A DNA stretch of 32,000 nucleotides from Fidelibacterota bacterium (GCA_018657495.1 JABHXA010000005.1:104749-136748), one strand, 5' to 3'. Counted from the first letter of the stretch, positions 1 through 9,326 are shown. Notes: generated from the sequence alone by a model not told the origin. Numbers and translations: made by a program.

Positions 1-1574
1 CATTTATACCGTATTTGCCTGGAGGAACCAATGTTGACTATCGTGTATCTGCAACCGATGAAGATGGCACTACTACTACCGATGGCGGTTCCTATTTTGT
101 GTATGCACCATCAAACGATATTCTTTGGGTATTCAATAATGAAATGAATGGTGTAGGATTTCCAGATGCCTATTATTTCTATGAAGGAAATGAAACGGGT
201 GAATTTCTGTATTCTACTGATATTTGGCATGGTGGAGTATCCCAAGAACTTTTATCCTATTATGATATCGTTATGGAAATTACCACTACTGCTACCTGGG
301 CTGATTTAATAGATCACTATGATGTAATTCACGATTGGTTAAATACAGGTGGAAAAAGATATTTTCTTGCCGGGGATGAAGTATTAGGGATAATGACGGG
401 GTGGAATGATGGTCTAACGGTGGATGGTTCACTTTTTAATGCTATGGGAATTGCCGAGATTTATCATGACATCAATGAAGGTAGCACAACAAGTGTTCTC
501 AATGCAATAGAAGGTGATATACTTTCCGGTGATATGTATGAGGCTGTACCTGATGGAAGTTCAATTATGTATGATCCTGACTATGAAATCGGCTTTGATA
601 ACCTGTTGGATGGTATCCTCCCCACTGATGATGCAACCGTTTTCCTGACAGATCAAATCAGCGAGTTTGCTGTTGGCATCTACAAGGAATGGGATAATAC
701 CAGCCGATCTGTTTTCTGCGCTTTTGATCCCCTGTCTCTGAATTCAGCCCCGGAATATTACTGGTTTGGTGCGTCCTATGTAGGTCCCACAATCATGTCG
801 GCAGGTTGGTTTACTTGCCCATTTGTTCTTTCAGGTGATGTGACTGATGATGGAAATGTGGATGTTTTAGATGTTGTAGCAATTATCGGTCACATTCTTG
901 GGAACTCGCAACTCACAGGATGTGCATTACTAGCTGCGGATCTAAATCAGGATGAAATAATAGATGTAATGGACATTGTAGAATTGATATGGCGGTTTTT
1001 CCCACTGATTCCCAGGGATAATGAAATTGCCAACATTGCTTCTTTAAATGTGATTAATAATCAGGTCACCTTTCAATCCGATGGAATAGTAGATGCTTTT
1101 CAGATTACGATTTCTCATGAACCTGAATCAACAATCGAATTAACAGAAAAGTCTTTGGCGGCGGATTATGTTACCGATGGATCTCTCACAACAATGATTA
1201 TTGTTGCCCCGGAAACTAATGAACTATTCAGTGCTTCCGGTGATTTTGAATTTGTTGACATCCTTGCTGCTTCTAGTGAAAATTATGTCGATGTGTCGAT
1301 GGCTATTCCAGAGAGCTTTGCATTGAAGTCAGCCTATCCCAATCCATTCAATCCAATTACCACCATTGCTTACGATGTGCCTGTTCCATCAGATGTAAAA
1401 GTAATCATTTATGATCTCCTTGGACGACAACTTACCGAGTTGGTGAACAATTATGTGGAAGGTGGAAGTTATATTGTTAACTGGGATGCCTCAGAATTTT
1501 CAAGTGGAGTATATCTCGTTAGAATGACCGCCGATGATTTTATTAGTACACAAAAGGTAATGTTGGTGAAATAG
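1..1574 (+). CDS. 5'-partial secreted protein: unassigned N-terminal region, internal dockerin-like pair, C-terminal T9SS (Por) sorting domain
   Basis: The frame is open from the left window edge (no stop between nt 3 and the TTG at 15), so the gene is probably truncated by the window. Two dockerin-type Ca-binding segments, GDVTDDGNVDVLDVVAIIGHILG and ADLNQDEIIDVMDIVELIW, lie at nt 834-992. The C-terminal ~85 aa (nt ~1311-1571: AYPNPFNPITTIAYDVP...IYDLLGRQL...SGVYLVRM...TQKVMLVK) fit the T9SS C-terminal sorting domain pattern. Confidence 0.8.
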   Translation, partial: FIPYLPGGTNVDYRVSATDEDGTTTTDGGSYFVYAPSNDILWVFNNEMNGVGFPDAYYFYEGNETGEFLYSTDIWHGGVSQELLSYYDIVMEITTTATWADLIDHYDVIHDWLNTGGKRYFLAGDEVLGIMTGWNDGLTVDGSLFNAMGIAEIYHDINEGSTTSVLNAIEGDILSGDMYEAVPDGSSIMYDPDYEIGFDNLLDGILPTDDATVFLTDQISEFAVGIYKEWDNTSRSVFCAFDPLSLNSAPEYYWFGASYVGPTIMSAGWFTCPFVLSGDVTDDGNVDVLDVVAIIGHILGNSQLTGCALLAADLNQDEIIDVMDIVELIWRFFPLIPRDNEIANIASLNVINNQVTFQSDGIVDAFQITISHEPESTIELTEKSLAADYVTDGSLTTMIIVAPETNELFSASGDFEFVDILAASSENYVDVSMAIPESFALKSAYPNPFNPITTIAYDVPVPSDVKVIIYDLLGRQLTELVNNYVEGGSYIVNWDASEFSSGVYLVRMTADDFISTQKVMLVK

Positions 1575-1584
1575 GAGTAGTCGG

Positions 1585-1620
1585 CTGAATCACGCCTGCC
1601 TGCCGCAGGCTGGGATTCAG
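1585..1620 (+). terminator. GC-rich imperfect hairpin just after the stop codon; possible terminator
   Basis: Outer arms CTGAATC (1585-1591) / GATTCAG (1614-1620) and inner arms GCCTGC (1594-1599) / GCAGGC (1605-1610) flank a 5-nt loop. It starts 11 nt after the TAG at 1572-1574. No U-tract follows, hence the low confidence. Confidence 0.35.
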
Positions 1621-1854
1621 ACAAAAAGAGAATTATCAAAGGACCGACAGCATCATCATGAATTATCCTTTCCATAGCCCAGTCCTTTAGGGCTGGGTTA
1701 TTAAATGTCATACCAAATCAATTTTCATATCCCTTTAAACAAACCTGTTCAAAACCATCCAATAGAATACTTATTCGATTCGATTGAGTAAGTGAGTAAT
1801 CATAAATTTACCTTCTCAAAAATCTTCAAATAATACGGATTACAATTCACATTT

Positions 1855-2646
1855 ATGGATATTGATTTACTATTGGTTTTCCTGCTTGGTTTTTCAAGCG
1901 GATTTGGTCACTGTGTTGGCATGTGCGGCGGCATCGTTCTCACCTATTCCGTCAACCTTCATAAAAATTCTGGCCAGGCAAATTCCTTTTTCGCAGCCAT
2001 CCTTCCCCATCTTTATTATAGCAGCGGCAGGACTTTCACCTACATGTTCCTCGGTGGAATATTTGGTTTGTTGGGTACAACTCTAACTTTTGCCGAATCC
2101 GCATTCGATCTTCAGGCATTATTACAGGTTTTTGCAGGTATCCTGATGATCTATATGGGTCTGGATCTACTGCATCTCATCCCCAAGTTTCCAGTCATTT
2201 TTTTTAAATCAGGGAGTCCTTTCAAACGAATGATTCATGGTTTATTGATCTCCGTCAATCGATCAAATATATTCGCCCTTGGCATCGTTTTAGGGTTCTT
2301 ACCCTGCGGAGTTGTTTATGCCGCCGGAGCCAAAGCCGCCTCTTCAGGAAGTATAATGTCAGGGATGATTATCATGCTGGTTTTTGCATTGGGAACTGCC
2401 CCGGCCATGGTTATGATGGGTCTTGGTGCAGGATGGATTACGGGTAAATTCCGTTCGAGAGTTTTTAAGATTTCGGCGATCCTGGTGATTATGCTTGGCA
2501 GTTTAACCGGGTACAAAGGAGTAATAAAATTAAATAAACCCATCCTGGAACATCAGCAGGGAAATGTTCAGCTAGACTGTTGTGATCCTGCTTCAACGGC
2601 AGATTCCAACTCTGAACATTGCCATACCTCCTCCAATAAAAAATAA
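1855..2646 (+). CDS. Polytopic membrane protein of the DsbD_2 / TauE-SafE-like (COG2836) family
   Basis: 263 aa with several hydrophobic segments. The TM1 motif GHCVGMCGGI is typical of this family, which is commonly encoded next to CcoI/FixI-type ATPases. The tail is Cys/His-rich: LDCCDPASTADSNSEHCH. ATG start at 1855. Confidence 0.7.
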   Translation: MDIDLLLVFLLGFSSGFGHCVGMCGGIVLTYSVNLHKNSGQANSFFAAILPHLYYSSGRTFTYMFLGGIFGLLGTTLTFAESAFDLQALLQVFAGILMIYMGLDLLHLIPKFPVIFFKSGSPFKRMIHGLLISVNRSNIFALGIVLGFLPCGVVYAAGAKAASSGSIMSGMIIMLVFALGTAPAMVMMGLGAGWITGKFRSRVFKISAILVIMLGSLTGYKGVIKLNKPILEHQQGNVQLDCCDPASTADSNSEHCHTSSNKK

Positions 2647-2667
2647 TCAACAGCAGACATATAAATC

Positions 2668-5100
2668 GTGAATTCATCCCATAATGAAAATATGAATCTG
2701 AGTAATCATTGTTATCACTGCGGCGATGAATGTGGTAATTCTGCCATCACTCTTGATAATAAGAAATTTTGCTGTAACGGCTGTCTCCAGGTATTTTCGC
2801 TGTTAAATGAAACTGATATGTGTGACTATTATGAGCTGAATTCAACACCAGGAATTAATCCTGGCGAAGCTAATCTTCATAAACAGAAATTTGAATATCT
2901 CGATGATGAGGATATGCTCAACAAATTGATTGATTTCAATGATGGTAACTATTCTACGGTAAGGTTCACCTTGCCTGATATGCATTGCAGTTCATGTATC
3001 TGGCTACTGGAGAAACTCTATAAAATTGATCCATCTATCGTTTCATCGCAGGTCAATTTTACTTCAAAAGAAATTACCATTAAGTTTATAAATAAACATT
3101 TTTCCCTTAGGAAAACAGCCGAAATACTTACGAGCCTGGGATACGAACCGCAGTTAAACCTTAAGGATCTTGAACAGGATCAGCTTTCATCAACCAGAAA
3201 GCAATTATATATTCAAATCGGAATCGCTGGATTTTCATTCGCCAATATTATGCTATTGAGTTTACCTGAGTATCTCTCGTTTGAGAGTAACTTGGACGAA
3301 AAATTTAAAAATTTCTTTGGTTATCTGAATATCCTCCTTGCCTTACCCGTATTATTTTTTAGCGCTAAAGGATTTTTCACCAGTGCCTGGAATGGAATGA
3401 AACAAAGATTTATAAATATTGATGTGCCAATCGTTCTGGGAATTATTACGCTGTTTAGTAAAAGTCTTTTTGAGATTTTGACAAAATCGGGATCAGGGTA
3501 TATGGATTCATTTACCGGGCTGATTTTTTTATTATTACTGGGGAAATTGTTTCAGCAAAAAACCTATGATTCTCTCTTGTTTGACCGGGATTACAAAAGT
3601 TATTTCCCTGTATCCGTTCATAGAAAAACCGACAGTGGTGAAGAGATTATTCCTCTTTCCAAATTAAAAATTGGCGACCGGATCATCATCCGTAATGGTG
3701 AGATCGTACCTGCTGATGCCATTTTGATAAAATCCTCGGCTTCAATTGATTATAGCTTTGTGACGGGAGAATCGATTCCAGTGACCAAATCTTCAGGGGA
3801 TAGGGTCTATGCCGGGGGCATTCACAAAGGCGGTATGATTGAATTGGATGTCATCAAAGATCTGTCCCAGAGTTATCTAACCCAACTGTGGAACAATAAT
3901 GTTCAGGATGAAAATAGCAATAGAAATATTATTCATCTTACAGATCATATCAGCCGCTACTTCACCTTGATAATTTTACTTATTGGATTCATTACAATCG
4001 CCTATTGGTTATTCAATGATCCAGGCAAGTCTTTGAATGCATTCACCGCTGTTCTAATTGTGGCTTGCCCATGTGCCCTGGCGCTCTCAGCACCATTTAC
4101 ATTGGGTAATGCCTTAAGAATTCTTGGCAAGAATCAGCTATATCTCAAGAATGCCCATATCATTGAAATATTATCAAAAGTGGATACCATCGTATTTGAC
4201 AAGACCGGTACTCTGACTTATGGCGGTAAATCCAGCATATATTTTACATCCCTGGATGAGGAAATACTATCATTGGGTCAGGACGAATTGAAAATGATTA
4301 AATCTATAGTATATCAGTCGAACCACCCACTAAGTCAGGCGATATATGATCATATCAAGTCGGACGATTTGTTCACAGTTAAACAATTTGAAGAGATCCC
4401 CGGTGAAGGTATAAAAGGGATAATTGGTCAAAAACATATTTCTATTGGATCCAGCCAATTTACTGGTATCCAACAAGATTCTAAAGATTCCAATAGGGTA
4501 TTTATTTCAATTAACTCTAATGTCCGAGGATATTTTGTTATTCAAAATTCTTACCGAAAAGGTCTAAAAAAAGTAATAAATGAATTGAGCACATCAAATG
4601 AATTACATCTGATAACTGGAGATAACGATAGAGAGCGACAGAATCTTCAACCACTATTTGGTGATGGAATAAACTTTAATCAAACACCAATTGATAAGCG
4701 GAATTTTATCCATCAGCTTCATAAGGAAAAAAAAGTAGTCTTGATGATCGGAGATGGCTTAAATGATGCTGGAGCCCTTGAACATAGTGATGTTGGGATT
4801 GCCTTATCGGAAAATAAAAATACTTTTAGCCCCGCTTCAGATGGTATATTGGATGCAGCGGTTTTTACAAAGTTGAATGATTATTTACATTTTTCCAAAA
4901 CAGCCATGAAAATAATTCGATCCAGTTTTGTCATTTCATTTTTGTATAATATAGTCGGGATGAGCTTTGCCGTGTCAGGAAATCTGTCTCCACTTATAGC
5001 GGCAATATTGATGCCGGTGAGTTCGATTTCTGTCATATTATTTGCAACAGGAATGACCAACTTTATGGCCAAAGGCAAAGGGTTATCCTGGGGGTTTTAA
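2668..5100 (+). CDS. Heavy-metal (Cu+-type, P1B) translocating P-type ATPase, CcoI/FixI-like
   Basis: N-terminal Cys cluster CYHCGDEC...CCNGC (ATPase cation-binding domain type). HMA-like CSSC (MHCSSCIWLLEKL). TGES (VTGESIPV). CPC in a TM helix (nt 4066-4074). Phosphorylation site DKTGTLT (nt 4198 onward). HP motif (SNHPLS). GDGLNDA. Cu(I) selectivity residues YN (FLYNIVG) and MxxSS (MPVSSIS). The start is GTG at 2668; ATG at 2692 is an alternative. Confidence 0.9.
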   Translation: MNSSHNENMNLSNHCYHCGDECGNSAITLDNKKFCCNGCLQVFSLLNETDMCDYYELNSTPGINPGEANLHKQKFEYLDDEDMLNKLIDFNDGNYSTVRFTLPDMHCSSCIWLLEKLYKIDPSIVSSQVNFTSKEITIKFINKHFSLRKTAEILTSLGYEPQLNLKDLEQDQLSSTRKQLYIQIGIAGFSFANIMLLSLPEYLSFESNLDEKFKNFFGYLNILLALPVLFFSAKGFFTSAWNGMKQRFINIDVPIVLGIITLFSKSLFEILTKSGSGYMDSFTGLIFLLLLGKLFQQKTYDSLLFDRDYKSYFPVSVHRKTDSGEEIIPLSKLKIGDRIIIRNGEIVPADAILIKSSASIDYSFVTGESIPVTKSSGDRVYAGGIHKGGMIELDVIKDLSQSYLTQLWNNNVQDENSNRNIIHLTDHISRYFTLIILLIGFITIAYWLFNDPGKSLNAFTAVLIVACPCALALSAPFTLGNALRILGKNQLYLKNAHIIEILSKVDTIVFDKTGTLTYGGKSSIYFTSLDEEILSLGQDELKMIKSIVYQSNHPLSQAIYDHIKSDDLFTVKQFEEIPGEGIKGIIGQKHISIGSSQFTGIQQDSKDSNRVFISINSNVRGYFVIQNSYRKGLKKVINELSTSNELHLITGDNDRERQNLQPLFGDGINFNQTPIDKRNFIHQLHKEKKVVLMIGDGLNDAGALEHSDVGIALSENKNTFSPASDGILDAAVFTKLNDYLHFSKTAMKIIRSSFVISFLYNIVGMSFAVSGNLSPLIAAILMPVSSISVILFATGMTNFMAKGKGLSWGF

Positions 5101-5124
5101 GTCAGCCGGGAGAGAAAACTATTG

Positions 5125-5679
5125 TTAACTGGTTTTTTGAAAATGACAGGGACCGATACGTTTTTCAGAATTTTGGCTCAACTCTTGCCATAGTTCGGGC
5201 TCTTTTAAAGTTTGGAATGCCATCGGATATAAAATATTTTCTTCCTTCTCAATATGTCCTCGAATAAATCCAATTAATCCAGTAGCAGTGTATCTTATTC
5301 TTGATTTATTCTCCTTGAATTCTCCATTGTTAATATTATCAATCTGATTTTTTAATTTATCTTTATATTCCCGAAACCCTACATGTTCTGTTTTCATCGC
5401 TGATGTTGGTCCAGAAATACCGCTCTTTTCCATGGCTTCAAATAATATATCTTCTTCTCTTTGGTGATGCGGTTCGGCATTTAGCAGGTTAGCGGTTAAA
5501 ATCTTAAGTTTTTCTATCACAGAACCAGCATCGTCTGAAATAGAATAATTATTCAAAGATTGTAATTCCCTCTCTAACTCATCCAAGATATACTTAATGG
5601 ACTCATGTTCATCATGTAATAATTTGAGTAAATGACCATCGGGTAGGTTATTATAAAATACAGTTATATTTTCAATCAT
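5125..5679 (-). CDS. Hemerythrin-like (HHE cation-binding, DUF438-type) di-iron domain protein
   Basis: 184 aa. The His/Glu ligand pattern LLHDEH ... EPHHQREEDILFEAMEKSGISGPTSAMKTEH ... RGHIEKEENILYP resembles the hemerythrin-like domain (H..REE..LFP..EK.GI.GP). It starts 21 nt downstream of the Rrf2 gene on the same strand. Confidence 0.7.
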   Translation of the reverse strand: MIENITVFYNNLPDGHLLKLLHDEHESIKYILDELERELQSLNNYSISDDAGSVIEKLKILTANLLNAEPHHQREEDILFEAMEKSGISGPTSAMKTEHVGFREYKDKLKNQIDNINNGEFKENKSRIRYTATGLIGFIRGHIEKEENILYPMAFQTLKEPELWQELSQNSEKRIGPCHFQKTS

Positions 5680-5700
5680 GTGATTCCTTTGTATTTAGAA

Positions 5701-6141
5701 TCAGGTTTTACTAAATAGAATATTTTTCTCTGTTAGTTCATTATTGATTTCTATTAAATCTTTAATCGATTTCACGGTAAATAATTCAACTATTTCGAAT
5801 TTCGTCGCCCCCCAATATTCATGAATCGGGCAGGGATTATCCGATCCACAAACCGATAATCCAAGTACACATTTATTAAAAATATCATCTCCTTCAAAGG
5901 GTTCGACAATTTTTATAAGGGTTGTTTTTGAAATATCAATCTTCAGCTGGACGCCGCCACGGGGTCCTGTGTGGGATTTTAAAATTTCATGACGAATCAG
6001 GATGTTTGCAACTTTTGCCAATTGATAGTATGGGATTTCCAGTATTTTGGCAATTTCCTTTAATCGAACAAACGATTCTTCTCGGCTGTTTAGATGGAAA
6101 ACTAACCTTATGGCATATTCGGATGATTTTGTTAGTAACAT
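5701..6141 (-). CDS. Rrf2-family transcriptional regulator (three-Cys, IscR/NsrR-like)
   Basis: The N-terminus MLLTKSSEYAIRLVFHL plus a winged-helix region is typical of Rrf2. The candidate Fe-S ligand cluster is CVLGLSVCGSDNPCPIH (C-x6-C-x5-C). Confidence 0.85.
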   Translation of the reverse strand: MLLTKSSEYAIRLVFHLNSREESFVRLKEIAKILEIPYYQLAKVANILIRHEILKSHTGPRGGVQLKIDISKTTLIKIVEPFEGDDIFNKCVLGLSVCGSDNPCPIHEYWGATKFEIVELFTVKSIKDLIEINNELTEKNILFSKT

Positions 6142-6245
6142 TATATAAGCGTTTATTTATGATTTTGTTATCATAAATTATTAATTCTTGCCCATATTAT
6201 GGAAGTAATAATTGCAACATGTTGTTATCGAGGTGTTTTTCTTTT

Positions 6246-6278
6246 AAAAAAAAGAAAGGATGCCGTAACATCCTTTCT
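6246..6278 (-). terminator. Rho-independent terminator downstream of nusB
   Basis: Perfect 10-bp stem AGAAAGGATG (6253-6262) / CATCCTTTCT (6269-6278) with a 6-nt loop. Read on the minus strand, it is followed by a run of T residues (complement of the A run at 6246-6253). It sits 69 nt past the nusB stop. Confidence 0.7.
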
Positions 6279-6346
6279 CGCATCTGCAATATGCAAAATG
6301 GTTTTTCAACAGTATTCCTGTTGATTATTTTTTGATCAGTAAGCCT

Positions 6347-6784
6347 TTAACTGATTACTAACTTTCCCTTCTGAAAATCATTGTATACAGAATCAAGTAT
6401 GCCATTTATAAATGCACTGCTGTCTTCTGTACTGAACTGTTTGGCAATTTCAACTGCTTCACTGATGGATACTTTTGGAGGTACATCTTCAATAAAAACT
6501 AACTCGGCAATCGCCAACCTCAATATCAATTTGTCAATCATGGTTATACGATTTATCTCCCAATTCTTTGATCGATCCTGGATGATATCATCACAGATTT
6601 TTATATTTTTGACCGTAATTCGAGATAATTTCCCGGCATATTTAATTATATCAGGAGTCAGAGTATCCTCCTTCCATTCGCTGATGTATGCAAGGGTCCC
6701 GCCAGGATCATTACCTGAGAGATTCCATGCATACAATGCCTGGAGTGCGGAAATTCTGGCGATTCTTTTCTCTTTACGATTCAA
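6347..6784 (-). CDS. nusB: Transcription antitermination factor NusB
   Basis: 145 aa. RIARISALQALYAW ... ISEAVEIAKQF...SAFINGILD is the typical NusB pattern. The TTG start at 6784-6782 lies 2 nt after the stop of the upstream gene. Confidence 0.85.
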   Translation of the reverse strand: MNRKEKRIARISALQALYAWNLSGNDPGGTLAYISEWKEDTLTPDIIKYAGKLSRITVKNIKICDDIIQDRSKNWEINRITMIDKLILRLAIAELVFIEDVPPKVSISEAVEIAKQFSTEDSSAFINGILDSVYNDFQKGKLVIS

Positions 6785-6786
6785 AA

Positions 6787-7902
6787 TTATTTATCGCTTC
6801 TGATCTTGAAGGTTTTTCTCTTTGATAGATAGAAAGATTTTAAACCGCCAATACTGTGGATGCGTTCTTCAGCAAGAATATCCGATGCAATATTGTTTGG
6901 TATATCTTCTTCTTTTGCTCTTTTAAATATCGAACAGAGTATATCGTAAATACCTTCTGCCTGATTAAATGCTTTTTCTCGATTGTAACCTTCTAATTCA
7001 TTTGATACGTTTATCAATCCACCGGCGTTAATAGCATAATCAGGAGCATAGAGAATATTTCGTTTTTTCAGTTCAGCACCATGTATAGATGGGATCGCAA
7101 GCTGATTATTTGCGGCACCAGCGACAACACTGCATTTTAATTCTGGTATTGTGACATCATTAATAGCTGCGCCAAGAGCACATGGAGCGTACACATCTAC
7201 ATCCAGAGAATGGATATCTTCTTTTGCAACTGGAGTAGCTCCGAACTTCCGCACCATTTTATCGATACGATCCTGTTCGATATCAGTGACGAATAATTCT
7301 GCCCCGTCTTTATGAAGATATTCCGTTAAATATTGTCCAACATGACCAAGTCCCTGAATTGCAATTTTTAATCCGGAAATATTATCCAACCCAAGTCTTT
7401 CTTTTACACTTGCTTTGATACCTACATATACACCTAATGCCGTTACCGGAGAGGGGTCGCCACTACCTCCGAGGGCGCTAGATATACCCGTAACATAATT
7501 TGTCTCTTTTTTAACATGCTCCATATCTCTAACCGATGTATTTACATCTTCAGCAGTGATATAGCGACCACCCAATCCTTCTATAAAACGACCGAAAGAA
7601 CGAAATAGCCTTTCGGATTTTAGTTTTTTTGCATCCCCGAAAATCACCGATTTACCGCCACCAAGATTAAGACCGGCAATGGCGGCTTTGTATGTCATTC
7701 CCTGTGATAATCTCAATACATCAATCATGGCATCATCTTCAGAATTATAATTCCAAAACCGACATCCGCCAAGGGCAGGTCCAAGTGTTGTATTATGTAT
7801 AGCCACAATAGCTTTCAAGCCACATGTAGGGTCATGAAACATATTAAATTGCTCATGTCCCATCTCATTCATTTTGTCAAAAATCTTCATTTCATACTCC
7901 AA
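6787..7902 (-). CDS. Leucine (branched-chain amino acid) dehydrogenase, Glu/Leu/Phe/Val dehydrogenase family
   Basis: AIVAIHNTTLGPALGGCRFWNY...RLSQGMTYKAAIAGLNLGGGKSVI closely follows the LeuDH signature. A Rossmann motif follows (IAIQGLGHVG). Confidence 0.85.
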   Translation of the reverse strand: MEYEMKIFDKMNEMGHEQFNMFHDPTCGLKAIVAIHNTTLGPALGGCRFWNYNSEDDAMIDVLRLSQGMTYKAAIAGLNLGGGKSVIFGDAKKLKSERLFRSFGRFIEGLGGRYITAEDVNTSVRDMEHVKKETNYVTGISSALGGSGDPSPVTALGVYVGIKASVKERLGLDNISGLKIAIQGLGHVGQYLTEYLHKDGAELFVTDIEQDRIDKMVRKFGATPVAKEDIHSLDVDVYAPCALGAAINDVTIPELKCSVVAGAANNQLAIPSIHGAELKKRNILYAPDYAINAGGLINVSNELEGYNREKAFNQAEGIYDILCSIFKRAKEEDIPNNIASDILAEERIHSIGGLKSFYLSKRKTFKIRSDK

Positions 7903-7913
7903 TATATTTAATA

Positions 7914-9053
7914 TTAATTTAATAAACCTCGAGCAATTACCACGCGCTGGATTTCAGATGTACCTTCATAAATTTGGGTAATCTTTGCATCTCGCATTAG
8001 TCTTTCTACCCCGGTCTCTCTCATATATCCATTTCCTCCATGGATTTGAACGCAATTGGTACTGGCCTTCATTGCCGTTTCAGAGGCATACACCTTTGCC
8101 ATAGATGCCATCGGACCAAAATTTAAATGTTTATCCTTCAAATAAGCAGCTTGTCTGATAATCAATCTGCTTGCTTCGATTTCCATCGCCATATCGGCAA
8201 GTTTAAACTGGATACCCTGATTCGCTGATATGGGCTTTCCAAACTGAATTCTCTCTTTAGAATATGATATTGATGCATCAAGTGAAGCCTGGGCGATACC
8301 CAATGCCTGTGCCGCTATGCCGATTCTTCCGCCATCCAATGTGGCCAGGGCAATTTTAAATCCCATTCCCTCTTCACCAATCAAATTTTCTTTTGGGATT
8401 TTGACATTGTCAAAATATAATTCACAGGTATCTGAAGCACGTATACCCAATTTATTCTCAGGTTTACCGCAGGAGAATCCTTCCCATTCTTTGTCAACAA
8501 CAAATGCGGAAACACCCTTATGTCCGATTCCCTGCTTAGTTACTGCAAAAAGGATAACATAATCACAGTTGATGCCACTGGTTACCCAATTTTTTGTCCC
8601 TGACACCACATAATCATCGCCGACTTTTTTAGCAATGGTTTTCATATTTGATGCGTCTGAACCAGATTGAGGTTCGGATAATGAAAAAGCGCCTAATTTT
8701 TCTCCAGTGGTTAATTTTGATAAATAATTTTCTTTTATGAAATCAGAGGCAAAGGATTCAAGCAGATAACAAACTAAGGAGTTATTTACAGACATGACAA
8801 CAGAGGCGGAGGCATCAATTCTGGCGATTTCTTCAATAGCAATAGAATAAGATATGGTATCCATCCCACCGCCATTCCATTTGGGATCTACCATCATTCC
8901 CATGAATCCCAATTCACCTAATTTTTTTATTCCTTCTGCAGGCCAGATTTTCTTTTCATCTCTTTCGATTACTCCATCAGCCAATTCAGCCAGGGCAAAT
9001 TCACGGGCAGTCTGCTGTATAAGTAATTGTTCATCAGTGAGATCAAAATTCAT
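7914..9053 (-). CDS. Acyl-CoA dehydrogenase (short/branched-chain type)
   Basis: 379 aa. Typical ACAD motifs: GAFSLSEPQSGSDA, NWVTSG, QIHGGNGY, YEGTSEIQRVVIAR. Confidence 0.9.
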   Translation of the reverse strand: MNFDLTDEQLLIQQTAREFALAELADGVIERDEKKIWPAEGIKKLGELGFMGMMVDPKWNGGGMDTISYSIAIEEIARIDASASVVMSVNNSLVCYLLESFASDFIKENYLSKLTTGEKLGAFSLSEPQSGSDASNMKTIAKKVGDDYVVSGTKNWVTSGINCDYVILFAVTKQGIGHKGVSAFVVDKEWEGFSCGKPENKLGIRASDTCELYFDNVKIPKENLIGEEGMGFKIALATLDGGRIGIAAQALGIAQASLDASISYSKERIQFGKPISANQGIQFKLADMAMEIEASRLIIRQAAYLKDKHLNFGPMASMAKVYASETAMKASTNCVQIHGGNGYMRETGVERLMRDAKITQIYEGTSEIQRVVIARGLLN

Positions 9054-9129
9054 ATATTCCCTTTCAAAAGGTCCATAGATTAAAAATTATATATATTTTA
9101 ATTCTTTAAATCGTAACTATTTTCATAGC

Positions 9130-9164
9130 AAAAAAAAACCTCTCCCCGGTTTGGTGAAAGGTTT
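9130..9164 (-). terminator. Rho-independent terminator between hbd and the acyl-CoA dehydrogenase gene
   Basis: Minus-strand sequence is AAACCTTTCACC-AAACC-GGGGAGAGGTTT: a 12-bp stem with 1 mismatch and 1 G-U pair, and a 5-nt loop. It runs into 9 consecutive T (complement of the A run at 9130-9138). This probably splits the minus-strand array into two transcription units. Confidence 0.65.
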
Positions 9165-9326
9165 ATCTTTTAATATGAAATTATAATTACCATAAAGCCT
9201 GTAAATTTACGAAATAAACTACATGATTTCAAATTAGGAGTTCGTTATCTTGGATTGTTTTAATTTGAATATTTCCATCAAATATTTCTGAATTCAAGAT
9301 AACGATACACCGTCTTAAAATATCCC

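Noticed and set aside
1469-1711. 80-aa minus-strand ORF spanning the 3' end of the first gene and the spacer
   Set aside because: It overlaps the well-supported T9SS C-terminal domain coding region and the GC-rich hairpin. It has no motifs and no sensible start context.
2668-5100. The P-type ATPase as a dedicated mercury or Zn/Cd pump linked to hgcAB
   Set aside because: The CPC plus YN plus MxxSS residues and the CcoI/FixI-type N-terminal domain indicate Cu(I). No merR, merA, merT or merP is present, and the gene lies 9 kb from hgcAB with unrelated genes between. I keep only a low-key note about soft-metal handling.
6381-6803. Long antisense ORFs in the track: 6381-6803, 9715-10119, 10477-10824, 27879-28199, 30705-31193, 8317-8562, 22422-22634, 24313-24537 and others
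   Set aside because: Each lies fully inside, and opposite to or out of frame with, a gene with strong family motifs (nusB, hbd, thiolase, tyrA, aroC, ACAD, S8 proteases). None has features of its own. They are treated as spurious.
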